Shown here one piece after another: positions 8,933-15,934 of a stretch of 15,934 nt of DNA. How positions within the stretch are numbered: position 1 is the stretch's first letter; the number at the start of each line of letters is the position of its first letter. The notes beneath the pieces were generated by a model. That model ran no database searches, had not been told where the DNA came from, and saw nothing but the letters and a program-made list of their open reading frames with translations. The position numbers and the translations under genes are program-made. The DNA is from Octopus sinensis (Eukaryota), in contig NW_021825341.1 in NCBI RefSeq assembly GCF_006345805.1, positions 1 to 15,934 on the forward strand, in the 5' to 3' direction.

Positions 8933-9078
8933 TATATAAGTGTAACATGTTGCACGGAAAGTAGTCAAGGAAACTCACGAAAAACACTCAGAGGACGTCC
9001 CTCATCAGCCATCGAGCAAAAGTCCTCACCATTTCGCGCCATTATCAATTGTATTGTTCGTATGCGTTTGTATGTATG

Positions 9079-9111
<33 letters not shown>

Positions 9112-9275
9112 TGTGTGTGTGTGTGTGTGTACGTGTAAGCGTGCTTGTTTGGGTAGTATGCGTATGGAAGAGAACCAGCATCCTTATGAAATCGATATTG
9201 AGAAATGGCGAAGAATTGGGAAGCTGTCATGGCTTTGGTTGGTATGTAGGCACATGCAATCAGGTTTTGAAGATG

Positions 9276-9498
9276 GTGCAGTGAGATGGCGGAATTGCTA
9301 TCACGCCTGCTAGAATTATTTAGCTGGAGCCTCGTACCGCTTTACTGTCTGCGTTCAAATTTTATCGAAGCCGACTTCATCTTCCATTTTATTTTTTTAA
9401 TCATCGGGATCGATAACATAAATACCAATCAGTATTGGAATCGATACCATCGACTTTGTCTCCTCCCAAAATTGCTGGCCATTTGCCAAAAATTAGAA
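9276..9498 (+). mobile_element. Diverged full-length SINE family B copy
   Basis: GTGAGATGGCGGAATTGCTATCACG...GCGTTCAAATTTT...GGGATCGATAACATAAATACCA...ATCGATACCATCGACTT...CCCAAAATTGCTGGCC...GCCAAAAATTAGAA, collinear with the 1091-1310 and 9527-9722 copies. Confidence 0.75.
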
Positions 9499-9526
9499 GG
9501 GGTCATTTATCATTAGTTTGTTTCTT

Positions 9527-9722
9527 AAGGTTGCGGGCTGGCAGAAGCGTTAGCATGCTGGACAAAATTTCGTCCGTCTGTACTTTCTGAGTTCAAATAC
9601 AGTCGAGGTCAACTTTGCTTTTCATCTTTTCGGGGATAGATAAATTAAGTACCAGTGAAACACTGAGGTCGATATAATCGACTAGTCCCCATCCTGCCAT
9701 AAAATTCCAAGTTTTGTGCCTA
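9527..9722 (+). mobile_element. SINE family B copy
   Basis: AAGGTTGCGGGCTGGCAGAAGCGTTAGCATGC...TTCTGAGTTCAAATAC...GATAAATTAAGTACCAGT...GGTCGATATAATCGACT, with box A- and box B-like motifs. Confidence 0.85.
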
Positions 9723-9807
9723 TTATTCACTCTCATGTTAAAGGAAATCATACATATCTATGATCAAAGAAATTCTAACCGTGACCTGCCTGCTTTTTTT
9801 TTCTCAG

Positions 9808-9911
9808 TAAAAAGAACCCAGTGCTACATTATCCAACGTACAATTCTGAAACAGTTGGTGGAGATGATTCGTAGCGAGAAGTACCAGCACATTAAGAGTC
9901 CTAATCCATAG
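9808..9911 (+). other. Candidate terminal coding exon (unassigned): (V)KRTQCYIIQRTILKQLVEMIRSEKYQHIKSPNP*
   Basis: Branch-like CTAAC at 9775-9779, pyrimidine tract CCTGCCTGCTTTTTTTTTCTCAG ending at 9807, then an open frame to TAG at 9909-9911. No recognisable homology. Confidence 0.3.
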
Positions 9912-9994
9912 CTCGGCTGCCTCAGTGGGTGGCATTTACAGTGATGATGGGTTTTCGTTAACATTCACATTTATATATTAACTACTACGGTTGG

Positions 9995-10095
9995 TTTTCT
10001 TTCTTCATTTTCTTTTTTTTTTGTTGTTGTTGTTGTTGCTGTTCTTCTTTTTTTTCTTCTTCTTCTTCTTCATCTTCTTGCTGTGCTTGTTGTTC
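9995..10095. repeat. T-rich (TTG)n/(TTC)n low-complexity tract
   Basis: Direct reading. Confidence 0.85.
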
Positions 10096-10549
10096 TGTAT
10101 AGATAAACGTTGTAATCTTTTGATGTATATTTTGATGTTAAAATTTCGCCCCACAATATTTTTTGTTGGCAGCAAAGGGGAGGAGCGTAAGGGTATTTTT
10201 TTTTACACATTTTTGTCTGTTTTATTATCACAATTTCTTTATTTATTTATTTGAAAATTATTGAATATATTTATATACATATTTATTTTATTTAATAAGT
10301 GTTGTAACAAGGCAAGAAATTCTTCAAAGAACTCAAAGAGCGGATTAGCAGACAACATCGGTGGTAAAGTAAATTGAACGCATTAGAGTTGAAATCCAAA
10401 TACAATAGAAAATTTAGAAATAAGAAAATAAATTAAATAAAACAAAATGCAGCCATGAAAGAAAATAGATAAAATATTAGAAAAATGAGAGACAAGTTAG
10501 CTTCAAATAAAATTTCATCGTTCGCTTTATATTGGAAATGTTATAAGCA

Positions 10550-11148
10550 TAGATATGAGTGTATGTGTGAATACTTGTATATATGTATATGTGTGCATAT
10601 AGTGTTGAGCATATCTATATATATATATATATATATATATATAATGTAGTATGTGTATGTGTGAGTGTGTGATATGTATGTGTCGTGTGTGTGCGTATAC
10701 GCTCACGTGTACAAAGAGGGCCAGACAGACAGGCGGACAGTAATTTAAAAATGTAACAAAAAATGAGACAAATCAGAATTATGAGGAATTGCGAGGAACT
10801 GTACGTCTGTATGTATGTGTATACATGTGTATATATATGTATATATGTATATATACATATATATATATATGTATACAAATGTATATATATATACATATGC
10901 ACATATATATGCATATATGTATATATATAAGTGTATATATATTATATATATATAACACACACACATACATATATACATACTTATAGGCACATACACACAC
11001 AATATAACATATGTTTATATATATATATATATATATATATGATATATATATATTATGTTATATTATAACATATATTCACACAGACTCACAAATACATATT
11101 TACTTACAGAAAAGGCTAGATGTATACGCACGTACATGAATACATGCA

Positions 11149-11198
<50 letters not shown>

Positions 11199-11320
11199 CA
11201 TGCATACGTAGATACTTACATAATACATACACACATGCATGTATACATGTATGTATATGCACACATACACTAACATACATACACACATATACACCTATAC
11301 ACATTCATACATATACATGC
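10550..11320. repeat. Compound (TA)n/(TG)n/(CATA)n tract with short unique interruptions
   Basis: Direct reading. Confidence 0.85.
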
Positions 11321-11584
11321 AGAAAAAGAGCTGAAACGAAATTTAAAACAGTAAAAAAAAACAAGAAAATTTTTTTTTTAATTTTTTTTAATTTAAAAAA
11401 CATTCACAAAAAAACATTCTGGTTTAAATTTAAAAAATAACATTGTACTTTGATATGAGAGAAATTCTTAGTATTAACTTTGATAATTTTGTTTAAGTTA
11501 ATGCAATTAAAAACACTGTGAAATGCTAATTAGGACTTACACGTTCTATTTGCTTATTCAAGCAACAGTTTAGTTGATATTGTT

Positions 11585-11968
11585 GTATATATGTGTGAGT
11601 GGGTGTATGTGCATGTGTGTGTGTGTATGTGTGCATGGAACTGTGTATGTATGTATATTTCCTTATATATCCGTGTGTGTGTGTGAGTCTTTGTGTGTGT
11701 GTTATGTATGTATTTATCTAATTATCTGTCCATATAGCTATATTTATATACATATATATATGTGCATATATATATATATATACATTTATACATATATGTA
11801 TATATATATACATATATATATATATTCATACATATATATATGTATATATATGTATGTATATATATATATGTATATATATATATATGTATTTATATACATG
11901 TATATATATACAGGTATATATATGTATATATACATATATGCATATATACATATATATATGTATATATG

Positions 11969-12021
<53 letters not shown>

Positions 12022-12584
12022 GTATGTGTAGGTAATTGTCAATAACATTTTAAGAGTATTTGTGTATGTGAGTGTGTATGTATGTATGCGAGTACGCATA
12101 TTTGCATGTGACAATCAGTTTATTTTGTGTATATACTTGTATGAGTGAATATGTATCTGCAATTGTATATGTATATGTGTGTATAACTGTCACAATTTTC
12201 GCTTGAATATGTCTGTGTATTTATATGCCTGCGTGTGTATGTATGTATGTGTAAGAATGTGTTTTCTTGTACGTACATATCGTACCTGTATATATGTGCG
12301 TGAGTGGTCGTGCTTTTTGGGTGCATGAGTGCGCATGCGTGTACATGTGTTTGTGTTTGCATATAACTGGATTGTCTTTATGTATAATTCTGTGTGTAAG
12401 CTTGTGCACTGGTCTGTCAGTATGTGTGTGTAATTATGCTACCACACTCTCTGATATGTATATGCATCTACGCATGTATGTATATGTATGTATATATATC
12501 TATATCTATCTATTTATATATATATGTATACAAATACATATATATATATATATAATATATATTATATATATACATACATTCATA

Positions 12585-12644
<60 letters not shown>

Positions 12645-12814
12645 TATATATATTATACATCATATACCTACATATATGCATATATATATATATATGTACA
12701 TATATATGTAACATATTATGCATATATATATTATGGAGGGTGTTGTATCTATGTATGCATATACGTCACCATATATATATATATATATACTTATATATAT
12801 ATATATAATAATAC

Positions 12815-12851
<37 letters not shown>

Positions 12852-12867
12852 ATATATATATATATAT

Positions 12868-12921
<54 letters not shown>

Positions 12922-12940
12922 TACATGGATTTATGTAACA
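11585..12940. repeat. Long compound (TG)n/(TA)n/(TATG)n low-complexity tract
   Basis: Direct reading. Confidence 0.9.
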
Positions 12941-13189
12941 TATGTAAGTGGTGTTTTGCTCAAGTGTGTGTGTGAGTGTATCTATGGGTGCGAGTGTCAT
13001 GCGTATATACGTGAGTTCGCTAGTTTAATTACTATTCCTCTAATTTAGTGTCATCTCAACTCGACCCTGCTTGATGGATATTTATGTAATAACATAAAGC
13101 GGATCAATAGATGAGTAATACAGTTTTCTCATTGGTCTAATTAATTAACTCTCAGCTTTCCTATTGATATATAGACCTTTCCCTCATGC

Positions 13190-13291
13190 CTCTCTCTCCC
13201 TCTATCTCTCTCTCTCTCTTTTACTCCCTCTTTCCGTTTCTATGTAGTTATCTGAGTGCCAAATACACACTCGATATATATACATATATAT

Positions 13292-13342
<51 letters not shown>

Positions 13343-13770
13343 ATATTATTGTATATACATACACATACATTCACGCCTATATATGAATATGCATATATGT
13401 GCATATATATAATATATATATATATATATATAATATATATATATACATAATATATATTTGCCCGTAACCATTTATGCGTGATTCTTTCTACATGCATACA
13501 TGAGTCTGTACGCCATATAATGTAGTTATACAACCTCCACTTCTCTCACTTTCTTCCCTCACTTACTCTCTCTCTCATTCACTCTTTCTCTGATTTATAT
13601 ATATACTCATATATATATATATATATATACATATATATACATACATATATATATATACATATATATATATACATATATATATACATATATACACATGTGT
13701 GAATACATATACATGCACATACACATAGATATACATGTCATGAAGTGTACGACAATAATCACAGAAAGAC

Positions 13771-13852
<82 letters not shown>

Positions 13853-13950
13853 ATGTATATACATATACGCACACACACACTTATTCATATATTTACATAC
13901 ATATATATGCATACGTACTAACATGCATAAGAATATACATATGTGTGTAT
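13190..13950. repeat. (CT)n, (TA)n, (CATA)n, (TG)n compound tract
   Basis: Direct reading. Confidence 0.88.
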
Positions 13951-14342
13951 GAGTAAAATTTTTATTTTTCACGATATGCTGTTAAATCACCTCTTTGAAG
14001 AAATTTTTGAAGATGAACAACATTTAAAATACAATGGAAATTCGTCCATAGATTTTTGATAAAAGAAATGTATTTTGATTACCAATATCTCTACAATGGC
14101 ATTAGAAGGCAACAAGAGCGATGAGAAAATAATATTTTGGAAGAAACACAAGGAGTATTGATGGAACCATCCGAAAAGGCGGAAATCACTCATTATGCAT
14201 AATAAAATTGAACATGAAAAAAAACCAATACAGTGAAAAAATATTTGAAAGAAATAATATAGTCAGTTATTTTTTTATCAATAAACAGATGAGTAAGCTG
14301 TTATGTAACTTGTGAGTATGCATATTTAGCATTGTGTTTATC

Positions 14343-14345
<3 letters not shown>

Positions 14346-14379
<34 letters not shown>

Positions 14380-14411
14380 ATCGATCGATCGATCGATAGA
14401 TAGATAGGTAA

Positions 14412-14481
<70 letters not shown>

Positions 14482-14497
14482 GGATAGATAGATAGAT

Positions 14498-14529
<32 letters not shown>

Positions 14530-14567
14530 CAGATAGATAGAGAGAGAGACAGAGAGAGAGATGGATG

Positions 14568-14628
<61 letters not shown>

Positions 14629-14675
14629 CAGATAGATAGAGAGAGAGACAGAGAGAGAGATGGATGGATAGATAG

Positions 14676-14708
<33 letters not shown>

Positions 14709-14725
14709 CAAAGAGATAGATAGAT
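14346..14725. repeat. (TA)n-(GATC)n-(GATA)n/(GA)n compound array with a 99-bp higher-order duplication
   Basis: Direct reading. The marker TAACAGATAGATAGAGAGAGAGACAGAGAGAGAGATGGATGG occurs at 14527 and 14626. Confidence 0.93.
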
Positions 14726-14869
14726 TATTTGAGAAATGATTTACGAGAAATTGTCCGCTAAACAGTTTCCTGTCCTCTTTCGTCATGTCAGGCTTCCCTT
14801 CTTCACTAACATTTCGATTATATTTCACAAACACAAAACATGCATAACACACATCACAAACACAAATAT

Positions 14870-14913
14870 ATACATGATATATATATATTGTGTGTATATA
14901 TATATATATACAC

Positions 14914-14985
<72 letters not shown>

Positions 14986-15038
14986 GAACGCATTTTTACA
15001 CCTAGCACACACATATACTTAAACATATACGCACACAC

Positions 15039-15132
<94 letters not shown>
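14870..15132. repeat. (TA)n microsatellite tract
   Basis: Direct reading. Confidence 0.92.
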
Positions 15133-15133
<1 letters not shown>

Positions 15134-15399
15134 TGAGTCAGTATGTATGAGTAAGTATTGTGTACTTATGTGTTTGCGGTTGGTTGAATTACTTGCTTGT
15201 TTTTTGTTTTTTTCCTTTTGTTTGATATGCTAACTTTGTCTGTTCAATTAATTACTATGTCAAGCGACGTTAATTACTATGAATAAATAAAAAATATTTA
15301 TATAAATTCTGAAGTAAATATCTGTAAAAAGTTTTCTTAACGTGCTTGAGTTTTGTAACAACACTAATAAAAATGCTGCTACACCTTCTACTATTGATG

Positions 15400-15440
15400 C
15401 TATTACTACTACAACTACTGCTACTAATACTACTGCTATA

Positions 15441-15511
<71 letters not shown>

Positions 15512-15520
15512 TAATAATAA
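15400..15520. repeat. (ACT)n to (AAT)n compound trinucleotide repeat
   Basis: Direct reading. Confidence 0.95.
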
Positions 15521-15934
15521 ATGCCCTGATGCAAGATAAGGTAGTGGCTCTGATGGTTTCTGATGTTGACTGATTGAAAGTGTTATGTACATTGTTTTGC
15601 GTTGGTATGAAAGATGGGCTACAGCTAATATTCTGCTCAATACCACATATTTGCTTGTCAGTTGTTTGACCTTAACCAGTTGAGCATGTCCCTTGGTGGC
15701 CGACAATATGTGCATCTCTGATTACGAGCAGAAGTAGTGGGGTGGGGGGCATCATAGCCATATGTTGAGGGGAATTCTTTGGGGTTTGAATAATTCACCT
15801 CTGGAAATATGGGTGTTTTGTTCATCCTTAAACAAACCTTATTCAAAGACCTTTTGTGCAGGATGGGCCACTCAACCTGAAGAAAATTCTAACTGAGCCC
15901 CACTTGCAAGGTCATGTGCTATTTATCTTGATAT
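15521..15934. mobile_element. Interspersed non-coding repeat abutting (AAT)n; incomplete (runs off the window)
   Basis: Abrupt switch from (AAT)n to complex, more GC-rich sequence (ATGCCCTGATGC...GATGGGCTACAGCTAATATTCTGCTCAATACCAC...). I recall this as a high-copy octopus repeat found next to (AAT)n. There is no meaningful ORF and no obvious Pol III boxes. Class not established from the sequence alone. Confidence 0.55.

Noticed and set aside
10312-10363. Coding-like 52-nt segment GKKFFKELKERISRQHR with AAG| and |GTAAAG
   Set aside because: There is no real pyrimidine tract before the AG, the donor is modest and there is no recognisable homology.
13985-14200. Protein-like pieces (KEMYFDYQYLYNGIRRQQER*ENNILEETQGVLMEPSEK...)
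   Set aside because: Stops occur in all frames, there are no convincing splice sites and no family is recognised. It might be a decayed element but is unsupported.
14735-14815. Short unique island ([21 protein letters not shown] on the minus strand) between microsatellites
   Set aside because: Weak acceptor and donor, and no recognisable homology.

Overview
AT-rich eukaryotic DNA, roughly half of it simple-sequence repeats: (TA)n, (CATA)n, (GATA)n, (CAT/GAT)n, (TG)n and (AAT)n. There is no intact protein-coding gene, rRNA/tRNA gene or CRISPR array. Nearly all ORFs in the supplied track are translations of microsatellites. The interspersed repeats resemble tRNA-derived SINE families I recall from Octopus (coleoid cephalopod) genomes. 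That organism call is from memory, not a database search. Supportable features are: a decayed 3' fragment of an RLE-type (R4/Dong-like) non-LTR retrotransposon (33-445, minus); two copies of one tRNA-SINE family (A), four of a second (B) and a probable third (C); an internally deleted pogo/Tigger DNA transposon with TA target duplication and a transposase C-terminal remnant (8392-8932); and an (AAT)n-anchored non-coding interspersed element running off the right end. The window is most likely intronic or intergenic. A few splice-signal-bounded candidate small exons exist on both strands but cannot be assigned to a gene. I found no convincing novel biological system. The best leads are microsatellite-associated mobile elements, fold-back/G4 structures and candidate micro-exons.
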